Positions 20,637 to 30,540 of a stretch of DNA of 64,000 bases are shown here, one piece after another. Source of the stretch: Bdellovibrio sp. (lineage in GTDB: Bacteria; Bdellovibrionota; Bdellovibrionia; Bdellovibrionales; Bdellovibrionaceae). The notes under the pieces were generated by a model. It saw nothing but the letters and a program-made list of their open reading frames with translations. It had not been told where the DNA came from and ran no database searches. The stretch covers positions 192,001-256,000 of the forward strand of contig JAKFCY010000003.1 of NCBI GenBank assembly GCA_036676395.1, given 5' to 3'. Every line of letters begins with the position of its first letter. The stretch's first letter is position 1. A program made the translations under genes and the position numbers.

Positions 20637-21155
20637 ATGAAACAAATTCGCGACGAAATGGCTGCATTTTTAAAACAAGAAGATATCCAAAAATTAGTGG
20701 GTAAATTAGCTGCTCAAATTGAAAATGATTATGAAGGCCGCGAAATTATCTTTATCTGCCCTTTACGCGGTTCAATTCACTTAACGGCAGATCTTATGCG
20801 CCGTATTTCATTACCTCAGCAAGTTGATTTCGTTTTTGTTCGCTCGACTGAAAAAGGCGGTGCAATCAGCATGACTAAAGATATTTCTATAAATATCACA
20901 GGCAAAGATGTGATCATCGTTGAAGAGATCATCGATACAGGCCGTACATTAAGTTTTTTAAAAGACCGTTTATTGGCCGCAAAACCAGCGTCTTTAAAGA
21001 TCGTAACGTTATTAGATAAGCCAGCACGCCGCGAATTACCAATTCGCGCTGATTACATCGGTAAAACGATTGAAGATCGTTACGTGGTTGGTTACGGCAT
21101 GGATAGCGATGAAAAAGGCCGTAACTACTCTGAAATTTACGTTCTTAAGAACTAA
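20637..21155 (+). CDS. hpt: Hypoxanthine phosphoribosyltransferase
   Basis: VIIVEEIIDTGRTL PRPP motif, LLDKP, YVVGYGMD. Confidence 0.88.
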   Translation: MKQIRDEMAAFLKQEDIQKLVGKLAAQIENDYEGREIIFICPLRGSIHLTADLMRRISLPQQVDFVFVRSTEKGGAISMTKDISINITGKDVIIVEEIIDTGRTLSFLKDRLLAAKPASLKIVTLLDKPARRELPIRADYIGKTIEDRYVVGYGMDSDEKGRNYSEIYVLKN

Positions 21156-21233
21156 CTACGTAAATACTGCATTCACTACAAATAAAGTTAATACGCACAC
21201 GACGTACAATAGTACGAAATTTTTTGGAATCAT
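21156..21233 (-). CDS. Putative 25-aa single-TM small protein (not in ORF track)
   Basis: MIPKNFVLLYVVCVLTLFVVNAVFT*; GGAGG 7 nt upstream of ATG; stop abuts the hpt stop. Confidence 0.6.
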   Translation of the reverse strand: MIPKNFVLLYVVCVLTLFVVNAVFT

Positions 21234-21394
21234 CCTTGATCCTCCGCTGTTGTGCTAAAAATAATTTTTAGCGGGTCTTCCCTTATTTAGACTAACGTTA
21301 TGTATGGTTTTAGGCAAGATAGCCAGTCGATGGTCTAGCCATATAGAGCTCTGATCTAGACACCAGTCCTAATATATAAAGTTTAGTGTTCACA

Positions 21395-21409
21395 GTCTCA
21401 TAATGAGAC
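21395..21409. promoter_or_regulatory. Perfect spaced palindrome GTCTCA-TAA-TGAGAC, candidate operator
   Basis: Intergenic; near-copies at 40133-40147 and 48799-48813. Confidence 0.5.
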
Positions 21410-21481
21410 GTCAAACTATTAGATAGAGTAACAATATTGGTCTCTACATTGCTGACTAATACTCTAAAGGGGAGAAATCAA

Positions 21482-23134
21482 ATGAATACAATTAAGGTAT
21501 CAAATCTTTTTACAGCTGTAGGTATTTTTGTAGTCAGTGGGTTTATTGCCGTAAGTACAGCCTTCGCAGCTGATCAATATCCAAATAAAGAAACTTGTGC
21601 CCGCGCTGAACGCAGTAAATGTGAAGCTACTGCAGGTTGTGACAGTCTAAAAGGTGATGAGTATACTACATGTACGGCTAAGTGTGGTCGCAGTACTGAA
21701 ACAAAATGTGAATCTTACACTTCAAGAGATGATGCTAAAGAAAATGATTCAGAGTGTGTAGCTGCATATAAAGCATATCAAGATAGTTTAGCTGATACGA
21801 ACAGTGCGTGCGAAAGCGTCGCTGCCCCTGCTAGCTCATCATCATCTCGTTATTCAGGCACAACAGACACTCGTAAAAAATGTTCTGAAAAAATTCAAGA
21901 ATGTGCTCAGTTCGCCAGCCAAACTTCTGCACAAACAGCACAAGAAGATAACGGTATATCGAGCACACTAAATATCTTTCGCGCAGTTATCGGCGGCGAA
22001 GAATCATTAGGACTTTCTGGCGCCAGCAGTTGCTTAGTTGATATCGATAGCAAAGAAGCGCGCGATGCAGAAAAAGAATTTCGTGATCGTCGTAAAGAAT
22101 TAGAAAAAGAGAAAAAAGATATCGAAAACGATGCGATCAAAGATAAAGAAGATAACGATAAAGAAATCACTCGTATCACAAAAGAAGTTCAGGAATTACA
22201 ACGTGAAAACAAAGAAGTATTAGCTAAAGCTGACGTGAGAATGCGTGAACAATTAAACGCGTCACAAAAAGACATGGTTGATTCAGCAGCCCGTTTACGT
22301 AACTTAACGACACAAATTTCTAAAAAGAACGATTCAGTCAGAGCTTTAAACTTTGCTTATGCTGATCGTATGCTTGATACCTCAACGCAAAAACAAAACT
22401 TACGTTGTAAATCAGCTTTAGACCAAGCTAAAACTTGTATGATCAAATCTGCTAAAGGAATCAAAGACGAAGCTTGTAAGGACTTTCCTTTCACAATTAA
22501 ATCTAAAGGTCCGAAGGCAACGGCTGAATTAAAAGCACAGTTACAAGTTGTTAATGATGCTTGTTATGAAAAAGAAGAGCGCGAAAAAAAGAGATTAAAT
22601 TTTGACCAGCAAGAGCAAATGAAAAAAGTAATGGATGAAATGACTGAACTTCAAGCGCAAGCAAAAGAAGAAGGTCAACGTCAGCAAATCCAATCTGAGA
22701 ATTCAACTAAGATTTCACAAGAAGCTGAGCGCGAAAAACAAGAAGCCGAAGCAAACATGGCGCAACAAATTGCTACCTTACAAGGAGAGATGGCGCAATT
22801 TGCACAAAAACTTGAAGCTAAAAACTTTCGCTCACAGGAGCGTTTAAAAAAATTGGCTGAAGACTTACAAAAATTAGAACTTGAAGAAAAAACAGGAAAA
22901 CGTTCAAAAACAAGCTTAGCTTCAGCAGCTGTTCGCAAAACAAAAGTTGATGTTGAAAACGTAATTGCGCAATGTGGTTGTAACGAAGACATCGCAAATG
23001 CTAAAGCCGGAGACGAAGCCGCTAAAGGCAGTTCAACTAAAGCATTAAACACGTGTAAGGCATTAAAACGTTCTTTACCAGCTGGCGGAGAAGAGAAAAA
23101 GACTCGAACAGGTAAATCGAAGAGTGCTTTTTAA
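21482..23134 (+). CDS. Secreted Cys-rich, long coiled-coil hypothetical protein
   Basis: RBS AAGGGGAG then ATG 21482; signal peptide ending AFA; Cys-rich N-terminus; E/K/Q-rich heptad regions. Confidence 0.75.
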   Translation: MNTIKVSNLFTAVGIFVVSGFIAVSTAFAADQYPNKETCARAERSKCEATAGCDSLKGDEYTTCTAKCGRSTETKCESYTSRDDAKENDSECVAAYKAYQDSLADTNSACESVAAPASSSSSRYSGTTDTRKKCSEKIQECAQFASQTSAQTAQEDNGISSTLNIFRAVIGGEESLGLSGASSCLVDIDSKEARDAEKEFRDRRKELEKEKKDIENDAIKDKEDNDKEITRITKEVQELQRENKEVLAKADVRMREQLNASQKDMVDSAARLRNLTTQISKKNDSVRALNFAYADRMLDTSTQKQNLRCKSALDQAKTCMIKSAKGIKDEACKDFPFTIKSKGPKATAELKAQLQVVNDACYEKEEREKKRLNFDQQEQMKKVMDEMTELQAQAKEEGQRQQIQSENSTKISQEAEREKQEAEANMAQQIATLQGEMAQFAQKLEAKNFRSQERLKKLAEDLQKLELEEKTGKRSKTSLASAAVRKTKVDVENVIAQCGCNEDIANAKAGDEAAKGSSTKALNTCKALKRSLPAGGEEKKTRTGKSKSAF

Positions 23135-23194
23135 TAAGACCAAGATCTAGTTACGATTACCCAGAAGGATATTTTTTTGATAGGCTAAGTACCT

Positions 23195-25834
23195 ATGTTG
23201 AAAAAAATACTTCTGGGTCTTTTTGCTTTTATTTTTCTTTCTTTAACTGGCGCATATTTTCTTTATAGTTCAGTTAAAGCTTCACTTCCTGAAGTCATCA
23301 AACTTGAAGATTACAAACCACTTTTAGTTTCACAAGTGTTCGATCGTAACGGAAAAAAAATCGGCGAATTCTCGCGCCAACGCCGTGTACTGATTCCCTA
23401 CAAAGATATTCCTGAATTAGTGATCAAATCTTTTATCGCTGCCGAAGACGATACTTTTTTTGAACATAAAGGCATTAACCTTCAAGCTTTACTGCGTGCT
23501 TTTATTGCCAATATGCGTGCCGGAAGAAACGTTCAGGGCGGATCTACGATTACTCAGCAAGTTGCTAAGACATTGATATTACAAACGAATGAAAAAACAT
23601 ATGCTCGTAAATTAAGAGATATGCTATTAGCCATTCAAATGGAAGAAAATCTATCTAAGGGTGATATTTTATACCTTTATTTAAACCAAATTTACTTCGG
23701 GCAAAGCGCGTATGGCATCGAAATGGCGTCGCAAACTTACTTTAGAAAACCCGCTAAAAATTTAACGATTCCAGAAGCGGCGATGTTAGCAGGGCTACCA
23801 AAAGCTCCTTCAGATTATTCACCGGTCAAAAATCCGATTCGCGCTAAAGAACGACAGGTTTACGTGATTCATCGTTTGCATGAAATTGGTTACATCACCA
23901 AAGAACAACGAGACACGTTCGTAAAAACGCCGATAAAAGTTTATTTAAAAGAAGAGTACGAAATCATCGCCCCGTTTTATTTAGAAACTCTTCGTCAGTT
24001 ATTGGTGCAACAACTTGGTGAAGATGTAATTTTAAATCAAGGTGTACGCATTACGACAGGTTTAGATTTAAACAAGCAAATCGCGGCTAATGAAGCTGTA
24101 ATTAAAGGTCTAAAAGAACTTGATAAGCGCCAGGGCTTTCGCGGCCCACTTAAAGTATTAGAAACCGAAGCTGAATATGCCGAATTTTTAGATAAACAAA
24201 AAAAATCAATTATCACCGAATCAAATCCAGAACGTACGATCTTAGAAGATGGAACATTTGCTGAAGTTGATATTATTAAAAAAGGTCGCATCATCACTAA
24301 AAAAGTTAACGAAAAATTAGCGGCGACTAATTTACCGAGCTATTTAGAAGTCGATAAAAACTACGAAGCTATGGTTACGAATGTAAACGACGCCGAAGCC
24401 TATGTTGAAGTTCAATTACCCGAAGCAAAAGGTTTAATCGAACTTGAAAGTATGACTTGGGCCCGTAAAGTTAATTTTGATGTAAAATCTGAAGGCAACG
24501 AAATTAAAAAACCGTCATCAGCTCTGAAAAAAGGCGATGTGGTTTTAGTCAAAATTTTAGATGAAAAATTCACGTGGCGCAAAACACGCGGAAAAATTCT
24601 TCCGAAATTAGATATTTCAAAACACTTAGCTGTCGAACTTGATCAAGAACCCTTAGTTGAAGGCTCGTTGCTTTCAATTGATCAGCAATCACAAGATGTT
24701 CTGGCCATGGTGGGCGGTTATAGTTTCGCGCGCAACGAGTATAACCGCGCCCTTCAAGCGGCTCGCCAAACAGGTTCTTCTTTTAAAGCTCTGGTTTACG
24801 CTGCTGCTTTAGAAAAAGGTTATAACGCCTCGACAAAAATCATTGATGCCCCACTTGTATACAAACAAAACAGCGGTGAAGAAGGCCAGGGCGATGAAAA
24901 AATCTGGAAACCTTCAAATCACGGTAAAGAATTTAGCGGTGAAATCACCATGCGTAATGCGCTTGTTAAATCTTTAAATATTCCGAGTGTTAAAATCGTA
25001 GAAGACATCGGTGTAGATTTTGCGACTGATTTTTCACAACGTTTAGGAATTTTTTCGAAATTGAATCCAGATTACACTTTGGTATTAGGTTCAAGCTCTG
25101 TGACTTTGTATGAAATGACAAAAGCCTTTTCTCAGTTTGGTCGTTTAGGTAAACGCACGCGCCCAATGATTGTAAAAAAAGTGATTGATACGACAGGCAA
25201 AGTGATTTTAGAAAACCTATCTTTAGATGCCCGCTTTACTAATGAGATGGCACCGATCGAAGAAAAGTTTGCGCAGAAAAGAAAAGAATTCGAAAGCCAA
25301 GATAGCAATGCAGAAAATGCACCGTCATCTCCGTTTTTCTTTGATGATCCAGAACAATTGATTCGCCCAGAAGTTGCAGCAACAATTACACACATGTTGC
25401 GGGGAACTGTTGAAGACGCTTACGGCACTGGCGGACGCGCCGCTCAATTAGGACGCGAAGTAGCAGGAAAAACTGGAACAACAAATGGTTACGTCGATGC
25501 TTGGTTTATCGCCTATTCTCCCCAAATTGCTACAGGCGTGTGGGTTGGATTTGATAAAGAAGCTACAATTGGCCGCGGCGAAGTGGGTGGAAAATCAGCT
25601 CTTCCGATCTGGCTCGATTATATGAAAGCTGCGCACAACGGATTACCCCCTATGTCATTTCCGATCCCCGATGGAGTTAAAATCGTGAAAGTCGACGCTG
25701 AAAGTGGTAAGTTAGCAAACTCGGCTAGCAGCAGAACAATCATGCAAGCGTATCTCGAAGGCACTGAACCAACGGCAGCTGAAAGTCGCAGCGAAGAAAC
25801 AACCGACTACTTGAAGCGGGATATCGAAGAATAA
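23195..25834 (+). CDS. mrcA: Class A penicillin-binding protein (PBP1A family)
   Basis: AEDDTFFEHKG, GGSTITQQVAK, YLNQIYFG (transglycosylase); GSSFK, SLN, GKTGT (transpeptidase). Confidence 0.92.
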   Translation: MLKKILLGLFAFIFLSLTGAYFLYSSVKASLPEVIKLEDYKPLLVSQVFDRNGKKIGEFSRQRRVLIPYKDIPELVIKSFIAAEDDTFFEHKGINLQALLRAFIANMRAGRNVQGGSTITQQVAKTLILQTNEKTYARKLRDMLLAIQMEENLSKGDILYLYLNQIYFGQSAYGIEMASQTYFRKPAKNLTIPEAAMLAGLPKAPSDYSPVKNPIRAKERQVYVIHRLHEIGYITKEQRDTFVKTPIKVYLKEEYEIIAPFYLETLRQLLVQQLGEDVILNQGVRITTGLDLNKQIAANEAVIKGLKELDKRQGFRGPLKVLETEAEYAEFLDKQKKSIITESNPERTILEDGTFAEVDIIKKGRIITKKVNEKLAATNLPSYLEVDKNYEAMVTNVNDAEAYVEVQLPEAKGLIELESMTWARKVNFDVKSEGNEIKKPSSALKKGDVVLVKILDEKFTWRKTRGKILPKLDISKHLAVELDQEPLVEGSLLSIDQQSQDVLAMVGGYSFARNEYNRALQAARQTGSSFKALVYAAALEKGYNASTKIIDAPLVYKQNSGEEGQGDEKIWKPSNHGKEFSGEITMRNALVKSLNIPSVKIVEDIGVDFATDFSQRLGIFSKLNPDYTLVLGSSSVTLYEMTKAFSQFGRLGKRTRPMIVKKVIDTTGKVILENLSLDARFTNEMAPIEEKFAQKRKEFESQDSNAENAPSSPFFFDDPEQLIRPEVAATITHMLRGTVEDAYGTGGRAAQLGREVAGKTGTTNGYVDAWFIAYSPQIATGVWVGFDKEATIGRGEVGGKSALPIWLDYMKAAHNGLPPMSFPIPDGVKIVKVDAESGKLANSASSRTIMQAYLEGTEPTAAESRSEETTDYLKRDIEE

Positions 25835-25846
25835 GGACCAGGATCA

Positions 25847-28687
25847 ATGAAGAGCATCCACATTTGGGGTATCAAACAAAATAATTTAAAAAATATTGAA
25901 GTTGAAATCCCATTAGGTCAAATGACTGTGATTTGCGGTCCTTCAGGTTCTGGAAAAAGTTCTTTAGCTTTTGAAACTTTATTCGCTGAAGGTCAGCGTC
26001 GTTTTATCGAAAGCATGTCAAACTATGCTCGTCAGTTTTTAAATAAAGCACCAAAGCCTGATATCGAAGGCATTAATAATATTCCTCCGGCAATTTCAAT
26101 CGAGCAAAAAAATACTGTTAAATCTTCGCGTTCGACTGTTGGTACAACAACAGAGCTAATTGATTATTTGCGTTTATTTTTTGAAAAAATCGGAACACCT
26201 TACTGCCCGACTCATCACATACCAGCGACTAAAATCTCAACGACCGAAGCTTCAGATTTAGTTTTAGAAAAATTTCAAGATAAACGTGGCTATATCTTAG
26301 TTGAAATTTCTGCTGGCCAACGTGTGCTTGAAGGCAAAAAACTGCATTCATTACTTTTACAAGATGGTTATTTACGTATCACGACGTTAAAAGAAAAAAA
26401 GGGTAAGAAAAAAACTGACCCCGTTGTTTTTGAAATGGGCGAAGTGATCGATATTGGCGAAAAAGCTAATATTAAAAAAGGAATTCCGGCAGAAACGTTT
26501 TATTTAGTGATTGATCGCATGGCTTTTAGCGCTGATGAAAAAGGCCGCCTAACCGATTCACTAACACAAGCTTATGATGTCAGCCTTAAATATTTAACAG
26601 GTTCATTAATTCGCAGAGCACTAGTTGTTACAACTGAAGGCGAATACTTAAAACTTTCAGAAGAGCCATCATGTGCAATCTGTGGTTATACACCACCACC
26701 GATGTCGTCAAAATTATTTTCGTTTAATTCGCCGATGGGCGCCTGCCCAACGTGTAAAGGTTTTGGCAATGTTCTTGAGCTTGATGAAGCCAAGGTTATC
26801 CCCAATCCTGAATTATCAATTTCCGAAGGCGCACTAAACCCATTTACCATGCCTTCAGCAGAACAAGATAAAAAATCTCTTTTTGCGTTCTGTAAAAAAA
26901 ATAAAATCGACCTGAAAACACCCTGGAAAGATTTGCCAAAGGCTGAGCGCGATTTAATTTGGGCTGGTAATAAAGATTTTTTTGGCGTTGTTGGTTTATT
27001 TGAATATCTGGATCAAATTAAATACAAAATGCATGTGCGCGTATTTATTTCGCGCTACCGTTCTGGCCGTCAGTGCCCGGATTGCCATGGTTCGCGCTTA
27101 CGTAAAGAAGTGCACCATATTTTAGTGCAAGAAAAATCGATCACAGAATTAAGCGCTTTAACGATCGAAGAATTAGATAAGTATTTTGAAACTATTAAAT
27201 TAACTAAGTATCAGCAAGAAGTTGCCGGCGAAGTGTTAAAACAAATTCGCTCACGCTTAAATTATTTAATGCGCGTGGGAGTAAATTATTTAACGATCGA
27301 CCGTGAAACCAGAACTTTATCAGGTGGTGAATACCAACGTTTAATTCTGGCCAATCAGTTAGGATCAGGCTTATCACAAACACTTTATGTTTTAGATGAA
27401 CCCACCGTAGGTTTACATCCGCGCGATAATGACCGTTTAATTTCTATTTTAAAAGATTTACGCGATTTAGGTAATACCTTAGTTATCGTTGAACATGATC
27501 ACGACGTAATTAAGAATGCCGAAAACATTATCGAAATGGGTCCAGGCTCTGGTTATCTTGGCGGACAAGTGGTTTATTCAGGTAATACCGAGAACTTTTA
27601 CCAAGCACCGCAATCAAATACTGCCAGCTACTTAAAACCCAGCAAAGAAAAAGTTTTACGCACAGTTCGGCCGGTAGAGCTTACGAATTATAAATATAAA
27701 TTAGATTTACAAGGTTGCAGCGGTCACAATTTAAAAAATGTAGATGTCAGTATCCCGTTAAATCGACTTGTAGCTATTACCGGAGTGAGCGGTTCTGGCA
27801 AATCGACCTTAATTTCAAAAACACTTTACCCAGCCCTAGCCCGTAAACTTGAATTAGAATTTTTACCGGCGCAGCCTTATGAAAAAATCTCGGGCTTTGA
27901 AACCATTAAAAATGTTTTATTAGTCGATCAATCTCCGATCGGAAAATCTGCACGCAGTTCGCCGATCACATATTTAAAAGCTTTTGATTCAATTCGCAAT
28001 GTGCTTGCAGCTACACCCGAAGCGGTCTCGCGCGGTTATACACCCGGAACATTTAGTTTAAATGTCGACGGTGGACGCTGCCCTGCGTGCCGCGGAACTG
28101 GTTATGAAGAAATCGACATGCAGTTTATGGATAATGTGATTATCCCGTGCGATGTTTGTGACAGTAAAAAATACCGTCCTGAAATTTTAGAAATAACTTT
28201 TCAGGGTAAAAATGTTCACGAAATCCTGTCTTTGACCGTTCAAGAAGCTATGAACTTTTTTGTCGCTCATCCACATATTCGTAAACCACTATCAGTTTTA
28301 AAAGAAGTGGGTCTTGATTATTTAACCCTGGGTCAGCCAGCAAATTCATTAAGCGGTGGTGAATCACAGCGTTTAAAAATCGCTAAAGAGCTTTCGCAGG
28401 TTTCGCAAAAATCGACTTTATACATTTTAGATGAACCAACGACCGGCTTACACTTTAAAGAGATCGAACTTTTAATGAAGGTCTTGCATAAATTGATTGA
28501 AGCTGGTGGTTCAGTTATCGTGGTTGAGCATAACCTGGATGTGATTAAGAATTCAGATTACATCATTGATATGGGCCCTGATGCCGGCAAAATGGGTGGT
28601 CAAGTCGTTGTCGCTGGAACTCCAGAAGATGTTATGGCCAGCAAGAAAAGTTTAACTGGCCAATACCTTAAATCTTATTTACGCTAA
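25847..28687 (+). CDS. uvrA: Excinuclease ABC subunit A (UvrA family; possibly a second paralog)
   Basis: Two ABC modules (GPSGSGKSSLAF, LSGGEYQR; GVSGSGKST, LSGGESQRLK), Zn fingers, FSFNSPMGACP. Confidence 0.9.
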   Translation: MKSIHIWGIKQNNLKNIEVEIPLGQMTVICGPSGSGKSSLAFETLFAEGQRRFIESMSNYARQFLNKAPKPDIEGINNIPPAISIEQKNTVKSSRSTVGTTTELIDYLRLFFEKIGTPYCPTHHIPATKISTTEASDLVLEKFQDKRGYILVEISAGQRVLEGKKLHSLLLQDGYLRITTLKEKKGKKKTDPVVFEMGEVIDIGEKANIKKGIPAETFYLVIDRMAFSADEKGRLTDSLTQAYDVSLKYLTGSLIRRALVVTTEGEYLKLSEEPSCAICGYTPPPMSSKLFSFNSPMGACPTCKGFGNVLELDEAKVIPNPELSISEGALNPFTMPSAEQDKKSLFAFCKKNKIDLKTPWKDLPKAERDLIWAGNKDFFGVVGLFEYLDQIKYKMHVRVFISRYRSGRQCPDCHGSRLRKEVHHILVQEKSITELSALTIEELDKYFETIKLTKYQQEVAGEVLKQIRSRLNYLMRVGVNYLTIDRETRTLSGGEYQRLILANQLGSGLSQTLYVLDEPTVGLHPRDNDRLISILKDLRDLGNTLVIVEHDHDVIKNAENIIEMGPGSGYLGGQVVYSGNTENFYQAPQSNTASYLKPSKEKVLRTVRPVELTNYKYKLDLQGCSGHNLKNVDVSIPLNRLVAITGVSGSGKSTLISKTLYPALARKLELEFLPAQPYEKISGFETIKNVLLVDQSPIGKSARSSPITYLKAFDSIRNVLAATPEAVSRGYTPGTFSLNVDGGRCPACRGTGYEEIDMQFMDNVIIPCDVCDSKKYRPEILEITFQGKNVHEILSLTVQEAMNFFVAHPHIRKPLSVLKEVGLDYLTLGQPANSLSGGESQRLKIAKELSQVSQKSTLYILDEPTTGLHFKEIELLMKVLHKLIEAGGSVIVVEHNLDVIKNSDYIIDMGPDAGKMGGQVVVAGTPEDVMASKKSLTGQYLKSYLR

Positions 28688-28695
28688 GGGCATAA

Positions 28696-30411
28696 ATGCA
28701 GTCAGATATTCGTTATGTTTGGTCAAAGCTATTAAAGTATAAATCTACCCTGATCGTCGTTGGTCTTACGGGAATGATTTATGCTGCCTCAAAAGCCTTT
28801 ATTGCTCACTATGTGAAAAACTTAATGGATTCAGCAGCCATGCCGCAGAATCTTGAATCTTTAATTGGCATCGGTATTGGCTTAGCCTTTGTTATTTCTA
28901 TTTCTCGTTATTTTCATATTTATTTAATGAATGTGGTCAGCGAAAAAGTAACTCAGGATATTCGCCAGCAGTTACAACAAAAGTTTTTACGTTTAAATTT
29001 AAAATTTCATAATACGTACGCTTCAGGTTCTGGAGGCTTACTAAGCCGCACCTTTAATGATGTTAAAATTGTACAAGACGGTCTACGTTTATTTGCCGAT
29101 ATTTTTACAGCGCCCTTGATGTTCGTAGCTGTTGTATTCAATTTATTTTATTTTGATACAACTTTAGCTTTTTCAATTCTGGTTATCACTCCGGTGATTT
29201 TAATTGCTCTACGCCAGCTCTCTAAAACTATTAAAAAGTATTCGGTATTCGGCGTTGAACAGTTAGAACGTATCACATCAACCATTAAAGAATCATTAGA
29301 TGGCGTAAGAACGATTCAAGCGTTCAATTTAGAAAACTTTTTTAAAAATAGATTAATTGGCCAAGGCGATCGCTTTATTGAAATGCGCCGCAAAGTGCAT
29401 GGTCGCGTAGAATTAATTGGCCCAATTAATGAATTCGTAGCTACTTTAATTCTTGTCGCTATCGTGTATTACTTCTCATCACGCATCGCTTCAGGTAAAT
29501 CTTCGTTTGGTATCTTAATGGCGTACTTAACGACGATTATGCAAGCTAACGAACCGATTAAAAAGTTTCAAGAGGCGATCGTACGTCTGCAAGAAAGCCG
29601 CGTTTGTGCTGATCGTATTGAAAAAATGTTAAATGAAGACAGCGAAGTTCCTGAATCTGGCAAAAACTTACCTTTTCCAAAAACTTGGGACATCATTGAA
29701 TATAAAAACATTCAGTTTTCATATGATAAAACTCCATTAATTCAAAATTTTAATCTACAGATTAGAAAAGGCCAAACAGTAGCCTTCGTTGGTGAAAGCG
29801 GAAGTGGTAAAACAACACTCGCAAATTTGCTGGCGCGCTTTTACGATGCACAGAGCGGTGAAATTAGTGTAGGTGGCATCAACACTAAAGATATTCTTCT
29901 GCATGATCTAAGAAAAAATATTGGTTTAGTTTCTCAGGATGTCTTTTTATTTTCTGACACTATTACAACGAATATTACTGCCGGTGTAAATTCTACTGCT
30001 AGCGATAAAGTTGTGGCAGCTGCTAAAGCTGCCCACGCTTTGGATTTTATTAATAAAAATCCAGATAAGTTTGATACTTTAGTTGGTGAGCGTGGCGGTA
30101 ATTTTTCGGGTGGCGAAAAACAGCGTTTAGCTATTGCGCGTGCTTTATATAAAGATGCACCAATTTTAATTCTCGACGAAGCGACAAGCGCACTTGATTC
30201 AGTCAGTGAAGAGCAAGTTCAGCGCGGCTTAGATGAATTAATGCAAGGTCGTACGACTTTAGTGATTGCTCACCGTCTATCTACTATACAAAGTGCTGAC
30301 TTAATTTTAGTCATGAAGCATGGCCAGTGTGTTGAAAAAGGTGTACACAAAGAGCTGTTAGAAAAAAATGGCGAGTACGCGCGCCTGTACTACACACAAA
30401 ATAAAGTGTAA
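28696..30411 (+). CDS. ABC exporter, fused permease/ATPase (MsbA-like)
   Basis: Multiple TMs, GESGSGKTT, FSGGEKQR, LILDEATSALD, IAHRLST. Confidence 0.88.
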   Translation: MQSDIRYVWSKLLKYKSTLIVVGLTGMIYAASKAFIAHYVKNLMDSAAMPQNLESLIGIGIGLAFVISISRYFHIYLMNVVSEKVTQDIRQQLQQKFLRLNLKFHNTYASGSGGLLSRTFNDVKIVQDGLRLFADIFTAPLMFVAVVFNLFYFDTTLAFSILVITPVILIALRQLSKTIKKYSVFGVEQLERITSTIKESLDGVRTIQAFNLENFFKNRLIGQGDRFIEMRRKVHGRVELIGPINEFVATLILVAIVYYFSSRIASGKSSFGILMAYLTTIMQANEPIKKFQEAIVRLQESRVCADRIEKMLNEDSEVPESGKNLPFPKTWDIIEYKNIQFSYDKTPLIQNFNLQIRKGQTVAFVGESGSGKTTLANLLARFYDAQSGEISVGGINTKDILLHDLRKNIGLVSQDVFLFSDTITTNITAGVNSTASDKVVAAAKAAHALDFINKNPDKFDTLVGERGGNFSGGEKQRLAIARALYKDAPILILDEATSALDSVSEEQVQRGLDELMQGRTTLVIAHRLSTIQSADLILVMKHGQCVEKGVHKELLEKNGEYARLYYTQNKV

Positions 30412-30540
30412 CCAAATCAAAATGCTAGACGTAAGTCTAAGTTCGTCAAAAGTTTAAACAAAATTAAAATTGCGGTCTCAAGTCTGTCAACAAAGTTGAC
30501 GATAAATAATTATACAAAAAAGACAACAAAGAGGTGTCGT

